Source: Sphyrna mokarran (lineage: Eukaryota). From it: 64,000 bases of DNA. The DNA is taken from positions 21,452,001 to 21,516,000 of the forward strand of contig JAGIQG010000004.1 in assembly GCA_024679065.1 (NCBI GenBank), written 5' to 3'. Below the pieces are notes generated by a model. It saw only the letters and a list, made by a program, of their open reading frames with translations, did not search any database and had not been told where the DNA came from. Shown in pieces: positions 36,615 to 50,585 of this stretch (positions are counted from its first letter, which is position 1; every line of letters starts with the position of its first letter). The position numbers were made by a program, and so were the translations under genes.

Positions 36615-39600
36615 AGCAGGAGCTACAGCTTGCCATTGCAGGTAAAGAAGAAAAGGCAGTACAAGGACAGTAACAAAATTAATCTAATTACACATTCTCA
36701 AGCCAAATGGTGTGATTTTTCTCCTTATGCTGTATTCAATCTTTGCAATCACTCAATTACTTGCAAATTTGGTTTTTAGTTTACCTTAATTGGCTACCCA
36801 GCACTCCCAGTAATCCTTCTGCCCCCAATCAAAGCTCTGGGAAAATGGCTTGGGGGAGGGATGATACTAGTGTGCCAGATACCCATGAAGTTATTTACCC
36901 ACCACTACCATATCAGGGTGAAAAGTCTGCCCCTAATGTCCCACACAGAAACATTTTTGCCATTGCGGTCACTCTTCCGATTGCTCACACTCGGCTTTTA
37001 ATGCTGCCCCTTTCTCAGTGAGGTTTTCATTTATTGATCTCGCCTTGATTTTTTTCCTGGCTTACCTGTAACCTCGACACTGCTCCTCGAGTTGCCTGCC
37101 ACACAGCAGGCCTGGCGCAGTGAGCGGTGCCGTTCTTTCAGTTACGTTCAAAGTGTTATTACCGTGGTGGCCAGAGTAAGCTAGGAAACCAGGCTGCATT
37201 TGATTACTTCATTACAGACATTTTCATTGACTTTGCTCTGCTGAGCTGATGAACTGGGACTGGGGACAAGTGCACCTAATTGAAAGAAATAAATTCTTAT
37301 CACAGGTGGCACAAAACGCTTGGCTCTGTTTAAAAAGGGACACAGAGGATTGGGTTATTGAAGCAACAGTTCAACTTGTTTCACCGGCATTCTGTAATTT
37401 CACTTCATTGTATCCAAACAAAATTCCAATTTTATTTCCGAGAACAATCAGAAATCGAACATCCTGATTCATGCATGTTTGAGTTCCTTTGTTACAACAG
37501 TCAAATAATTTGATATCTCATTTATTTTACCATTGCAAAAAAAGAGCATTTCATGAGTTTCCAATTATTTTGTGCTCTAAGTAATTATTGTTTTTTTTAA
37601 GAAGTGATCGTTCGGTATTTTTGTCCATTACACAAACGCAAAAGTAATCCTAATGCAGTTTGGGATGAGCTGCAGGGCCAAAGTGTCATGGCACTTTGAT
37701 CAAGTGCCCTTTCAAAAGTAGCAGAGGTGGTAGAGCCAATTTTTTTCTCTCTCTGTTTCTGGGTTTGGCCTCAGAGGGACACGCCGAATGAATTTCACTT
37801 TGAAACCGCCCACTTTTCATTAAGATAATTTGGGCCCATTCCTTCCAAAATCAGGGGATGTGGCAGCATACCGCCCTAATAGCAGAGTTTTCTTGAGACC
37901 TTTCTAATGTAATAGAGCCCACCAAAGTGAATGGGTAATATGAATCCAGTTTTCAATTTCCATTCATTTGTCACCAATTTACGTTTTAGTTCTGGACGGA
38001 GTCAGGATAATTGTTCGAAGAGTGCAGCATCTTCAGTTTTCACCTTTATCGGGGAGTTATTTTGGATAAGAGAGAAATTGGGGGGGGGGAGACAACTCGT
38101 TTTCCTTAATAACTGAATCTAACAGCAAATTTTCTATTAGAAAATCTTTGCCTTTAAAACAAGAATTTTCCTCAGTGCTGTTCAATTTGCCGCATTTCTT
38201 GCCCATTCACAAATCTGTAGCATAGTAAATTTCACTCCCGTTAATTATTTCGCCCAAATTTTGCTACTTCTGAAAGACCCTTTGAAAAATTGTTTGCATT
38301 TTATCGCAGCCACCCATTTGGTGACGATCCCTCATGTTTGAATTTGCCCCAAGTTCTTCAATTCATTTAATTCTAGATCACTCAAACTTGACACTTTGAC
38401 CATTGGAGAAGGCTTGCTGCAAATGTGCACAATCACGAGGTTGCCTTTTGTGTTAAAAGTAGCACAACTATGGCATCCCTTGAAAAAAAGAAAGTGCTAC
38501 ATCTACCACAAATACGGAAGGCAGGTTTTGGTCACTTAGCATTCTAATGAGTCCATATAAAAATCTTAGGGGAAGAGGGGGTGGGTGGGGGAGAAGCCTT
38601 TCAGCTTTTAATGAAAAATTGTGCAGGATCGAAGCTTTTCTCCTGTGCAACAACAGATAACGCTAGGCACATTTGTGCAGCACAGCACAGTTCCCCTTTT
38701 CAAAAAAAAACTACGCAAGTGATGTATATATTTAATTGTTTCCACAATGGCTACCTCCGATTGTGTGGCCGAGGCAAGCACACGAGTGAATGTCATGGGC
38801 AGGAAAATTGTAAGAATTGAAGAGCGTGCACTTGACATCGGCGACCTCGCTGGGATAGATAAATGCAGCAGACTGAGGACTGAAATTGCAGTCAGTTCAG
38901 ATTATTTTTTTCCAGGGAAGTCTTTGTTGAATAGAGGAAGCTTGAATTCTTCCTCTGCTGAAATGATTATCAGTAGTGGGGTGGGGGTAGAGGGGGTTGG
39001 GATGGAGAAGAGAGTGGAAATGCAATTACTCAGATCCTTCCACCCCTCTGAAGCAAGACAGATTTAAACATGTTGGCTCATTACGCCACTCAATTTCCTG
39101 TTAGACACTAGGCTGGAGCTATTTTACCTTCGCTGAAATGCCCTGTAGATTTTTCACAGGAGAGGAGAAATTTCAAAGAAAATAATATAAATCATTATGA
39201 ATAGGAATGCTTTTTTTAAAAATGTGTGTTGTGTGAAGTAACAAGGCTTCAGTAACAAAGGCACATAAGGATAGTGCATTCTCCTGTAATTTGCGAAAAA
39301 AATAGTCTGCTAATATTTCAAATCCTCTTTCATCAAATTGATATACCTCCAGACTCTTAAATCATAAAAATCCATGGCATCTTTGTCCTATGTTAATTCC
39401 TGGCACACAAAAAGCAAACTGTGGTCCTTCAACTGTAAATAATAAATGAAGGAAAATTCGCACCTTGTATGTTATGAACAACAATGGTTAACGTCAGTGA
39501 TTTGCAAGATCATTAAGGGGTTCCGATTTGAGCTTCCTTCTGACTATTCATGGCCTTATTTGAATCCTTTGATTGCATTTCTACTTAATTAAGTAAGAGG

Positions 39601-41164
39601 TGTCCAATGCCATCTGTTTTAAAAATTCTGATTTTTTTAAAAAAAGAAACCTAATCCTCGCAGATTTTTTTTAACAATTTTGAGTTCTCGTGGATTGTTT
39701 TTTTAAAAATCGCCGTCTGGCTTCAGGGGACAGAAACAGGCTGTGGGATTAATTTGCCACATCTGAAGTTTGATCAACTTTCAGCCGCTCTTCCATTATT
39801 GATTCACAAAACAAAGACTTTGACCCATGGAATGATTTTAATTAGATGTCCTGAAGTGTGAAAATATCAGGTGCACATGGTTTGAGTCACGTTTACGTAT
39901 AAAGAATACGCTTATTTTTTTGCCATGACTGGGGATGCATGTGAATAACTGGGCAGAGAAATGACAGGCATGGTCAAATTGCTGTTCATTCTCATTTTGA
40001 TTTCGCGATGTTCTGCTAGGCGGCAGTGATAATTTTAAGGAATAGAAACTGGCTTACTTTCCATCCAGACCGCTGACCTAATCCCCTAATCCATGTTATG
40101 AATAACCTTTCGCTGTGTTTTAGGAAATCAAATTTTGTGTGTGCGTCGATGTGTAATTTTAATATGAAAAGAAGCACCGTGTCACCCACTTGTTTTGCTG
40201 TTAGTTGTGGCTGAGGTTTATAAATGACCTTGGGGGTAGTAGTGCTTGGTCTTGCAGAATCATAACAAGGAGGTGTCTGTGCCTTTTCTGCTTGATGAAT
40301 ATTCCTACCACTTCAGGCATGCTGTTATTGTAGGAGATGGAAGCTCGGCAGAAGTAAAGTGCAGAATGCAATTAGCCGGTCTTGTTTTTGCACTGTGACC
40401 CGGAATTTATTCAGCCATTCTAGACAGTAAACACATCAGTTAACTTAAATGGAACTGCTAAAAAGAACAGAGAAATACATGCACGCTATGTAGATTTCAC
40501 CAGGTTAGGCTTTTTCTTAAGGACAGGTAATAGCTAATCAATATAACAATTTTGCTTAAGCAATGGTCATTGTTTGTTCCATGCTACTTGCTGTACATTT
40601 CATTGGCTGATCAAATAGGTATTCGGCAATAACAATAATTGTTCAAGCAATAATGATAATTATCGTTTAAGCAACAGGTTTAAAAATTAAGAGAAACATG
40701 CGTCTCGTTATTTAGTTTGAAAAATGAACTAAAGGCACATAATTATTCTTCATCTTAGAGAAGGTTGTTTTCCCATTTTCTAAATAATAAAGGCTGCACC
40801 AGTGGTATTTTAATAGCACATTCATTTTTCATTCCGTGTCCAAGGTTGTTTTTAGTGGTTGAAAACATGATGCTTTTATCAAATTAAGGAAAATAAAATT
40901 GCGTCAAACTTCCATGTTTTGTGATTGGCCACGATGTTTAATATGCTGAGGTCAGATTGCCGCATGAGAATTATAATTAATAAAGAAAAAGCCAGCAAAG
41001 TGGCTCCATGGACCACTCGTTATAAAATAGTGTACAGTACGGATGTCACCAAATTGTTTTATTTTAAACAATTCCAACGTTGGCAATGGGATTTGCGTTT
41101 GACTACCTGCAGGCGGAGAAATGCATGTGGACCCTGCCAGCTTCTGTGTCAACAAATATGCTCA

Positions 41165-41585
41165 GAGTGTAACAAACACTGAGAGCACCGAAAAACCTCA
41201 GCCCGTCTGACGGCGTCGATGGAGGGAGAAACAAGAGTTAATGTTTTTGAGTTCGATGCACCTCTTCAGCACTCTTCTTTCACAATGTTAAATCCAAATA
41301 ATGAGATTAGTGCACGTGAGGGGACTGCTTCAATAGACCAGAACGGGATCGAGGAAGAGTCACATTTGACTCAAAGCACTGACTCTGTTTCACTATCCAT
41401 GCTTAGTCCCAGACCCACTGGTCGGAATGTTACCATCCCACCCATCAGAGCGGGCAAAGGGCGGACCATAGAAAGGTCCATTGACCGCGGCATGGGATTT
41501 TACAGTTTTGGAACGAGCTGCCTTTTTCCAGCATTTTGTTGTTATTTCGGATTTCCAACATCCGCTGGATGTTGCTTTTATTTTA
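41165..41585. mobile_element. Penelope-like inverted arms with a MITE remnant (about 41405-41510)
   Basis: gaaaaacctcagcccgtctgacggcgtcgatggagggagaaacaagagttaatgttt ... ttttccagcattttgttgttatttcggatttccaacatccgc. Confidence 0.6.
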
Positions 41586-43094
41586 AAACTGGGTCTTTTC
41601 AAACTCTTAATGTGATAGTTGATGGGCGTCAACCTAGGAGCGGCTTTTCATTCTTTGCACGTTCATGTCCTTATTTTTCCCTCTTTATCCATGGCATTTG
41701 TTGCTGTTTTCTTCTATTTAGGGTCACTAATGACATATGGTTTGTCCATCCCGTCAGTTCCTGACAGTCAAGTGAGCGGGAGAAGGGGGAACAGTGTGCT
41801 GTGTTTTGGCTCACACGTGTTGGTCTACTCAGTTTCAATTGTCTTTGGTCTGCATGGGAGTCATGAAGGGACGTTATGTATCATGTACAATCCCTAGTGG
41901 TCTTTTTGGTTAGAATAGGGAGTATATATCCAATCCTTCAGGGTGGTTACGAAATCCCTCACCATTCCCATTCTGGTCTCTTGAAAGAAGCTTGTGCACT
42001 GACCTCATTATTTAGATTTAGGGTTCTGAATGTTGCACCTTCAATATCGAAAGTCTGAATGCATCCAAATGCACAGTCCTATTACACAGTGTGGGGGGAG
42101 GTGGGGGTGGGGGAAAGAGCAGCTTGTTGAAAGAGTTCCTTGGTGCGCTGAGAATTCCACATAATAAATTGGCTCCCTTTGTTATTTGTGGCCAATTAAT
42201 ATAGAATGTACATTGAACTGAAAACCTTTCATATGCAGCAGGGCAACAGATTTTCAAAATAAATTGCTTATATCCAGAATAGGTTTACATATAACAGGAC
42301 TGGATATACAGGCTCCCTGGAACAAATTAGGACTTGGTGAAAATGTGCTTATCTCAGGAATTTCCTCAGATAAGATTTGCATATAAATGGCTTGAAGTGT
42401 ATATCCCTATACACTGTATATGAAAAAAACGTACAACATCATGAATAAATAATTATTCAAATGATTAAAATTATAAAGGACCATTTGTAGCACAGTGAAA
42501 CTTGATTATTATACTCAATTTTTTTTGAAAAAATGAGCTACTTCTTATTAATTCTGACATAAATTAGCCTGTTTATACCACACTGGAACCCAATTTAATG
42601 TCTGGGTTAAAAGTATCTTGAAAATAGCCTGAATTTAACATTTAAGCCTGCTTAAATGTTTCACATTGAATTTTGTTGTGAATGAACCATCCTTAAGCTT
42701 GTAAATAACCCTGAACTTTACATTAATCTTTCTGCTCTCACTCACACTCTTATCTTTGTTACAGCCCTTCACTGTCACTTTCCTCCCTTTAGCACATTGT
42801 ATGGAATCTACTTATTCCCTTCTGTTTAGAAATCAGCTTATGTCCTCACTTAATTGATGTTACACATTTTGATGTTACATATTTATCATATCAGGTGTGA
42901 TTTTTTTCTGAAATACAGAGAACGTCACAGTTCTCTAACCACATCTTGTTTCCTATTCTCTGTATAAGTGCTTTCTCTGATTTGATATAGAAAGGGCTTA
43001 ATTTAGAACCCCAAATGAATTATACAGATAAAGTCCATTTTTACTAAATTGAGAATCCAAAGAAAAGGATGCAAGTTTTGTTTTAGTTGATTGT

Positions 43095-43680
43095 ATGTTG
43101 TGGACTTTGCTGGTGAGGCCAGCATTAACTGCACATCCCTAATCACTCTCAGAAAATGCTGGCAAGCCACTGCCTTGAGTCGCTGAGGTCTGTCTGATGT
43201 CCATATACAAACAGAGCTGTTAGCTCGGAAGATTCATGATTTCGAACCGGCAACAGTATGGCAATATATTTCCAAGGCAGGATAGTGCGCCAGTTAGAGG
43301 TGAATTGGCAAGTGCTGCCCTTGACCTTCTAGGTTTGGGAGGTGATATTGAAGAAATCTTGGTGAGCTGCTTGACACTGGTGATGGAGATAATGAATGCT
43401 TGAGGTGATGGAGGAGTGCTAGTCCAATGGGCTGCTTTGTCCCAGGTTATGTGGAGTTTCTTCAGTGTTGCTGAAGCTGAGTCATCCATGCAAATTGAGA
43501 TTATTTTCATCAGCCTACTCACTTATGCCTTGCAGATGGAGGAAAGAGTTAGGGGAATCAGGAAGGAAATTACTCACCAACCTTCTGTTGTAGCCAGTTT
43601 TTATGTGGCTGGTCTAATTATGTTTCTGATCAATGGCGAGCCCCCAGAATATTTATGGTGCAGGATTCAATGCTGTTGAA
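43095..43680 (-). mobile_element. Second, older copy of the 19302-20232 LINE family
   Basis: CMDDSASATLKKLHITWDKAAHW; tail ggccagcattaactgcacatccctaat as read on +. Confidence 0.75.
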
Positions 43681-43687
43681 CTTTTTT

Positions 43688-43953
43688 TTAAGTTTAAGTG
43701 TCACAAGAGGGTTACATCAGCACTGCAATGAAGTTACTGTGAAAATACCCAGCGCCTATTTGGGTATATTGAAGGAGAATTTAGCATGGCCAATGCACCT
43801 AACCAGCACGTGTTTTGGACCGTGGGACGAAACCAGAACACTCAGATGAAACCCATGCAGACACGGGGAGAACATGCAAACACGACACAGACAGTGACCC
43901 AAGCCGAGAATCGAACCTGGCACTGAGGCAGCGATGCTAACCGCTGTGCCACC
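43688..43953 (-). mobile_element. V-SINE type B
   Basis: Core and tail match type B. Confidence 0.88.
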
Positions 43954-45211
43954 ATCAAGCAGAGATGAATTAGACTTTCTCTCATTGGAAGTGGTCATTA
44001 TTGGGCATTTGTGTGAAACAATGGTCAGTTATCAGCCTGAGCCTCAATGTTCTCCACACCTTGTTGCATATAGGCATGGAACCTGCAACTCTCTGGATAA
44101 TCTAGATTTAAAACAGCAACTCACATTCAACAGACCTTTAATGTAACAAAAATGTCTAAAGACATGGAAGTATGAGTGGAGAAAAGAAATGAACAGAGAA
44201 GCCTGAAGGAAGTCACAGGTATCCAGAGTTAAGACTGAAGAACTCACAAAGTCATTGTAGACTCAGAAAATCTGCTTCTACAGAAATGTTGTTGAACTGA
44301 GGTAATGGTTCAGTGAAATACATGTGTGGAGTTGGTCCCATATGTTTTCTGATCTGGTTCTCTACATTACGCTGTGCAACTACAGAGCTTACACTGTAAA
44401 GAGATGACTAGTATATGGAGATTGCCCTTCTGAAGGAGGACACCAGAACCGGCAGAACACAAGTGAAAAGTAACCTTTGGCTTTGTGAACTGTGGTTGCT
44501 GCCAGTTTCCATTGTGCAGACAAGTAAATGTTACTGATTTGGGAAGAAATACAACTTTTCAGCCACTAATCTAGAGTTAATTTAAGACTTTTTTTATCAA
44601 CTACATGTTACAACATGTGGGGAGCCAGCGACACCAGCAAAAAATAAAGCAGTTTTAAATGCTTAGGAAAGAAAGCAGGAGAAATCAAGAGTTTTGTGGT
44701 TAGGTGGGAGCCAGTTCGAGTCTCAAACCTTTATAAGTTGTCGAATAAAGGAAAGTCTGAGGGAGTTAAGAAGCGCCAGAATTTAAAATATTATTTTTCT
44801 GTGGGGTGGAGTGGGAGGGCAGACAGATAGACAGCATAACATTGATTATAATCCCCTTTATTATGATCCTTAGAGGATAACGATCCTGTGATGAAGTGCA
44901 GAGACTGGCAAATTGACACTTTTTCTTCGAGAGTCTTGAAAACTGCTGTCCTAGTTTCTGAGCTTGTTACTAGGAGAAGACCAAAGCACTATTCCCAGCT
45001 GAAATCTGTGGCCACTCGCTAGAATTTGACTTGGGGGAAAATTGTCCCAGTTGGGAGAGGAATGTGTTAGCCTTTGCATCACTGATGCATGTCTCCTGAT
45101 TATTGAGGAAGGAGTTGTGTTTTTGGCCCTGTTTCGTAAGTTCACAGAATAGACCTGCACATGGCTGAAAAGGAAAAATTGAAGAGGGGAAACTTAACGT
45201 ATTAAAGATAG

Positions 45212-45490
45212 TTTAAGTTTATTGCCACAAGTAGGCTTACATTAACATTGCAACAGTCACAGTGTTAATGTAAGTTCACCACACTCTGATACCTGTTTGG
45301 GTATACTGAGAGAGAATTTAACATGGCCAGTGCACCTAACCAGCAGGTCTTTCGGACCATGGTAGGAAACCGGAGCGGACATGGGAAGAACGTGCAAACG
45401 CCACACAGCCAGTCACCAAAAGCCGGAATTGAAACCAGGTTCCTGCCACCATGAGACACCAATGCTAACCACTGTGCCACCATGCCACCC
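45212..45490 (-). mobile_element. V-SINE type B
   Basis: Head, core and tail match type B. Confidence 0.88.
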
Positions 45491-45614
45491 GTGGTGCTTT
45501 GTAGTTTAATTCGATTTTCCATTTCCATGATTTCTCGGAAAGAATTGATAACCTAATGAAGAGATGATTAAAGCTCTGATACTTCTATGCAGTTAGTTAC
45601 AAAAAGGAAACACT

Positions 45615-45756
45615 GGATAAAAACAAATTACTGTGGATGCTGGAATCTGAACTCAAAAGGGAAAATGCTGGAAAATCTCAGCAGGTCTGGCAGTATCTGT
45701 AAGGAGAAAAAAGAATTGACATTTAGAGTCCAGATGACTCTTTGGCAAAGCTCTCT
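45615..45756 (-). mobile_element. Penelope-like terminal repeat with a decayed hammerhead motif
   Basis: ggatgctggaatctgaa..aaatgctggaaaatctcagcaggtctggcagtatctg..gagtccagatgactc. Confidence 0.7.
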
Positions 45757-46319
45757 TTTGGTTACAAAAAAAACCACATTTTTCTCAGAAGGGAGAAAAT
45801 TTTCCTCTGGTATGTGGTATCTTAGTTTATTATTAGAAAATATCTGATCAAATAAGTCAGTGTTTCTTCTGCAGAAGGAACATACTTGAGAGATAATGCT
45901 GCAACTTGGGAGTTATTTTAATTTTCTTAAGCTTTTTTGTTTTGTTCCATTTGGTCATCATATACCACAGTTAGAACGGAACTTAGATAATTAGTGTCAG
46001 AATAACTGGAGGAAAGTTTCACAGAGTGCAAATGTCAGGGTTTGAAAGCAAAATGGGTAACATAACCCTTTCGGGACAGAACGTCTCTTAACAGTGCACC
46101 TTTGACTTAGTCTGGATGCACAGGACATTAAGTGATCTGACCTTTCGCCAACCTCGTTAAAAGGGCAGTTGGTAAGCTTAGAGTATGCTTTTGGTGGAGC
46201 CGGAAGACCCCACTGCCAGGAATGGGAGTCAGAAAACCTCAGCTTTCCTTGCGCCCCAACTTCCCTTCAATTCAGAATTTAGTGGTAGAAGTTTCCCAGA
46301 AATTGGCAAAAGCCAATAG

Positions 46320-46965
46320 CAGAAGGGGAAAATGATATTGTCCACCATTTAGTGCAGGGCTCTAGTGTACAAAACTTAAAGGGCTGGTTTCTATATCATA
46401 ACGCTGGCTCCCTGATTCACCCACCCTACTAGTAACCTTGTCCAGCGATCATCAGGGTGCCATTTAAAGGCCTCTGCAGCACAAAGGATTTCACCTGGAA
46501 CCGCCTCACACTGCCCCTCCCTCTCTGCATTGCCCCCTGGCACTCCTATGCTTCTTACCCTCTGAGCGATGTGCTCACCTGAGTTCCCTTATGAGGTTGG
46601 CTTGCCAGGTGTACACATTGGGAGGCCAATTGTGATTCACGCAGGTCTGCCCTTATGCCAACATGGATGATCTTTTTGATGGTGGAGGGAGGGCTGCAGA
46701 GGGGAATGATAAGTAGATGATAATACATTCAAGCATGTCCCCCCACTGACAGTGGGTGGGGACTATCACGTCACATATTTATGACGGTATAAAACATGGG
46801 GTTCTCTAGCTGCATGCATCCCAAAACCAGAAATTCCCACTCGAGCTCAACCTACTGTTTCCATGGCGCGCAGGCCAGGAGAATTTCAGCCACGATTTGG
46901 GAGTCAGATTTTCCACTTCTGTCGCCAAACCCGCAGATGCGATCGGGAGCAGAAATTCCTAGCTG
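46320..46965. mobile_element. Longer non-autonomous DNA-transposon-like remnant (Harbinger-like group)
   Basis: GC-richer block with tttaaagg, ggagaatttcagcc and ggattttcc motifs shared with other MITEs here. Confidence 0.4.
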
Positions 46966-47183
46966 AAGCTTTTGAATGGAAAAACTGTTTTGTTTTGCAA
47001 TAAAATCCATCCCATGAATATAATCAGTGGCGTAATGACAGTATGATGTTGTTGCCCTTATCACCGAACATTCCTCTATATAGAAATAGTGTCACTGTGA
47101 TGGTAATTAAGATTGTAAGTTCTGCTACTTTCAAGCTTCCTCAGAAAATATAGCAGAGCAAGCTACATGAAATTCGACCTACT

Positions 47184-47549
47184 TTTTTTTTATTCACGCA
47201 TGGGATATGGGCGTCACTGGCTGGCCAGCATTTATTGCCCATTCCTAGTTGCCCAAGAGCAGTTGAGAGTCAACCACATTGCTGTGAATCTGGAGTCATG
47301 TGTAGCCCTGATCAGTTAAGGTTGGCAGATTTCCTTCCTTAAAAGAAACATTAATGAACCAGATGGGTTTTTATTCAACAATTGACAATGGTTTCATGGT
47401 CATCAATAGTTTCTTAATTCCAGATTTTTTTTTATTGAATTCAAATTCCACCATCTGCTGAGGCAGGATTCGAAGCCAAGTTCCCCAAAACATTAACTGA
47501 GTTTTTGGATTAATAGTCTAGCGATAATACCACTTGGCCATTGCCTCCA
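47184..47549 (-). mobile_element. tRNA-SINE type C, full length
   Basis: Reverse complement of 7618-7970. Confidence 0.88.
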
Positions 47550-48575
47550 CTTGAGCACTGCAATTTGATGCCATCTTGGTGCTTAGTTCTCACATAGGGA
47601 CTCAACTACATCATAGGGGCTTGGGGCATTGGCAGCACTGTATTTGACCAAACAAATTCAGACGTACTAAGAAACGTAAAAATTGAGACACAATATAAAG
47701 CTGTGATAAGGTAACAATAATAGGCTGCCGGCTTTTTTTTCTTACTACTTATTCCAAAGTCAGAATAACGAGTAGGTACAGTGCATGCGAGGATTTAAAA
47801 AGTGCAAACAGAGGAAATGTCTGCTGTGTATTTCTATCAGAAGTAGGCCGTAATATATGAGCTGCCTTGTCACCATTGTCCTTGTGTATCAAATCTGTCT
47901 TCAGTTTGGCAAGGCTCTGCACACAGCCATCATATGTTGTTTAATTAATACTCCCAGTGTTCTTAATCTTCACCTTCTTGTAACACATTCTCAAGTGCAA
48001 ACTTCAAAGCCTAACATCATTGAATAATCAATACAGCGAAATAGTGAATATTTTAAAGGGGGATCGTTGGTTCTGGCAATAAAGGACTAAGCAGTGCTAC
48101 CTAATCGGAATCTTGTCTCTGTTGTGCTGATGCTGGTTACCTTGCGTGAGGATCAGATAGATGAATGTATCAGACAATCAACTGCTAGGGTTAGTATCAA
48201 GCGCCCTCGCTTTTGTCATCATTAGAATAAATATGATGAGAAATATCACAGATCAGTTACATTCACCTCCACATTTCATCCTCTGACCTGCAGTGCCATT
48301 CGCAAAGCCCCAGATAAACTGCATTCATCATAAAGTTTTGGGAGAAAACCTGAGATTTTCTTTCCATTTTCTCCCTTCCAGTTTTCTCCCCTTTTCTCCT
48401 CAAGACATTTGATTTGTGTGTCTATTTGTGACATGTATGTGACTGTAATCGTTGATTGTAGAGGAAATCACAGTTGAACCAAGAAGGTCACAACATAGCC
48501 ATCGAGGATGTTAGTGGCTGCTTTATTCCACTTCCTAGTTTGGAGTTTCTGAAGTAAACTGTAACTTACCAAATG

Positions 48576-48907
48576 AATCATAGAACCCTACAGTGCAGAA
48601 AGAGGCCCTTCAGCTCATTGAGTCTGCACCAAACACAATCCCACCTAGGCCCTACTCCCATATCCCTACATATTATATCCACTAATCCCTCTAACCTACG
48701 CATCCCTGGACACTAAGGGGCAATTTCTTTGCATGGCCAATCAACCTAACCGGCACATCTTTGGACTGTGGGAGGAAATGGAGTACACGGAGGAAACCCA
48801 CACAGATACAAGGAGAATGTGTAAACTCCACGCAGACAGTGACCCAAGCCAGGACTCAAATCCAGGACCTTGGAGCTGTGAAACAGCAGTGCTAACCTCT
48901 GTGCTGC
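48576..48907 (-). mobile_element. V-SINE type A
   Basis: aatcatagaaccctacagtgcagaa ... cagcagtgctaacctctgtgc. Confidence 0.9.
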
Positions 48908-48985
48908 TCAAGTTAATTTCAACTGATTCAACAGAGGCCAAAAATTGAACTACCGACCTTCCAATCTAGATACCTAGGTCTATAT

Positions 48986-49246
48986 AGTGGCACAGTGATT
49001 CATAGCGTCGACAATGGTTTGATTCCCAGTTTTGGATCACTGTCTGTGTGGAGTTTGCATGTTCTCTCTGTGTCTGTGTGGGTTTCCTCCCATAGTGTGG
49101 GTTAGGTTGGTTGGCCATGCTAAATTGACCCTAGTTTTGGGAACATTGGCAGAGTAAATATGTGGGGTTACGTGAATAGGGTGGGATTATTGTCAGTGCA
49201 GACTCAGTGGGCCAAATGGCCTCCTTCTGTACTGCAGGGATTCTAT
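48986..49246 (+). mobile_element. V-SINE type A
   Basis: tagtggcacagtg ... gggccaaatggcctccttctgtactgcagggattcta. Confidence 0.88.
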
Positions 49247-49794
49247 TCAATGAATAGATCAGACACTAATTCCAGCCCGGGCGCAACAATGTCCTCTCCA
49301 TTATCCCTGACACTTCACAGAGGATAAATGTGCTTCTTTGTGACAACAGAATAATCAGTTATTACTTTATGGTGAACATACTTCGAATTCCACCATCCTT
49401 GGAACATTGAAGCATTATAGGAATGCTATATAGACCAACAAAAACAATACTATGTTTAAGAATGCAGATTAATAAGCAAGAATATGCTGGAAAAATAAGT
49501 ACAAGTTCAGTGCATGTACTGTTATCAATATGTAAATTGTCCAACAATTTACAGTGAAGAAGAGATACGCCATGATTTGAGAATTGCCACAAATTGCTGG
49601 GTGATTTGCACTGCCTGACCATTCGCCTTTCAAATCAAGAGCTCACTGTGAAACTCCCTGTGAGTTTCAAGAAATTGCTGCATTTGCATTATTAAAGTGA
49701 ATTAAATTTGCCACAGAAACAAATCTCATGATCCCATTTTTATTTCCCCTTTATGTTTCTCCTTTTGTACCTAGTTTGATTCTAATCCATTTGT

Positions 49795-50585
49795 AGAGAC
49801 ATAAGAGGTATACAGCGTGGAAACAGGCTCTTCGGCCCAACTCATCTATGCTGATCTGGTTTTTTTAAGCTGAACTGGTCCTGTTTGCCTGCATTTGGCC
49901 TACATCCCTCTAAATCTTTCCCATCCCTGTGCCTTTGTTTTTAATTGTTGTAATTGTAACTACCTCCTCTGGCAGCTTATTCCATCTACAACCACTTTCT
50001 GTGCCAGAAGTTACCACTCAGATGTCTTTGAAATCTTTCCCCTCTCATCTTAAACCTGTGCCTTAGTTTCAGACTACCCCACCCTGGGGGAAAGACCTTT
50101 GCTATTCACCATATCTGTGCCCTTCATGATTTTATAAAGCTCTATAAGGTCACCCCTCATCCTTCTACAGTCCAGAGAAAAAGTCCCAGCCTCTCCTTAT
50201 AATAGAAAACTTCCAGTCCCAGTAACATCCTTGTAAACCTTTCTTGCACCCTTTCCAGTTTATAGAACATAGAACATAGAACATAGAACAATACAGCACA
50301 GAACAGGCCCTTCGGCCTTCGATGTTGTGCCGACCAAAATAAAAAGCAATGCCCCTCCAAACTAAACCATTCCCTTCTCTTCCATATACTTATCAACTAA
50401 CCTCTTAAACGCCACCAAACTTGGCGCATCTACAACAGCTGCAGGCAGGGCATTCCACTCCCTAATCACTGTTTGAGTAAAGAACCTACCTCTGATATCC
50501 GTCCTATAACTCATACAAATAATAACGTCCTTCCTATAATGGGGCGACAAGAATTGTGCCCAGTATTCCAAACATGGGCTTACCA
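49795..50585 (-). mobile_element. CR1 3' fragment with a second CR1 3' end nested at about 50262-50505
   Basis: Outer copy VSPCLEYWAQFLSPHYRKDVI / KLERVQERFTRMLLGLE. Inner copy FFTQTVIREWNALP with an (ATGTTCT)n tail. Confidence 0.88.
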
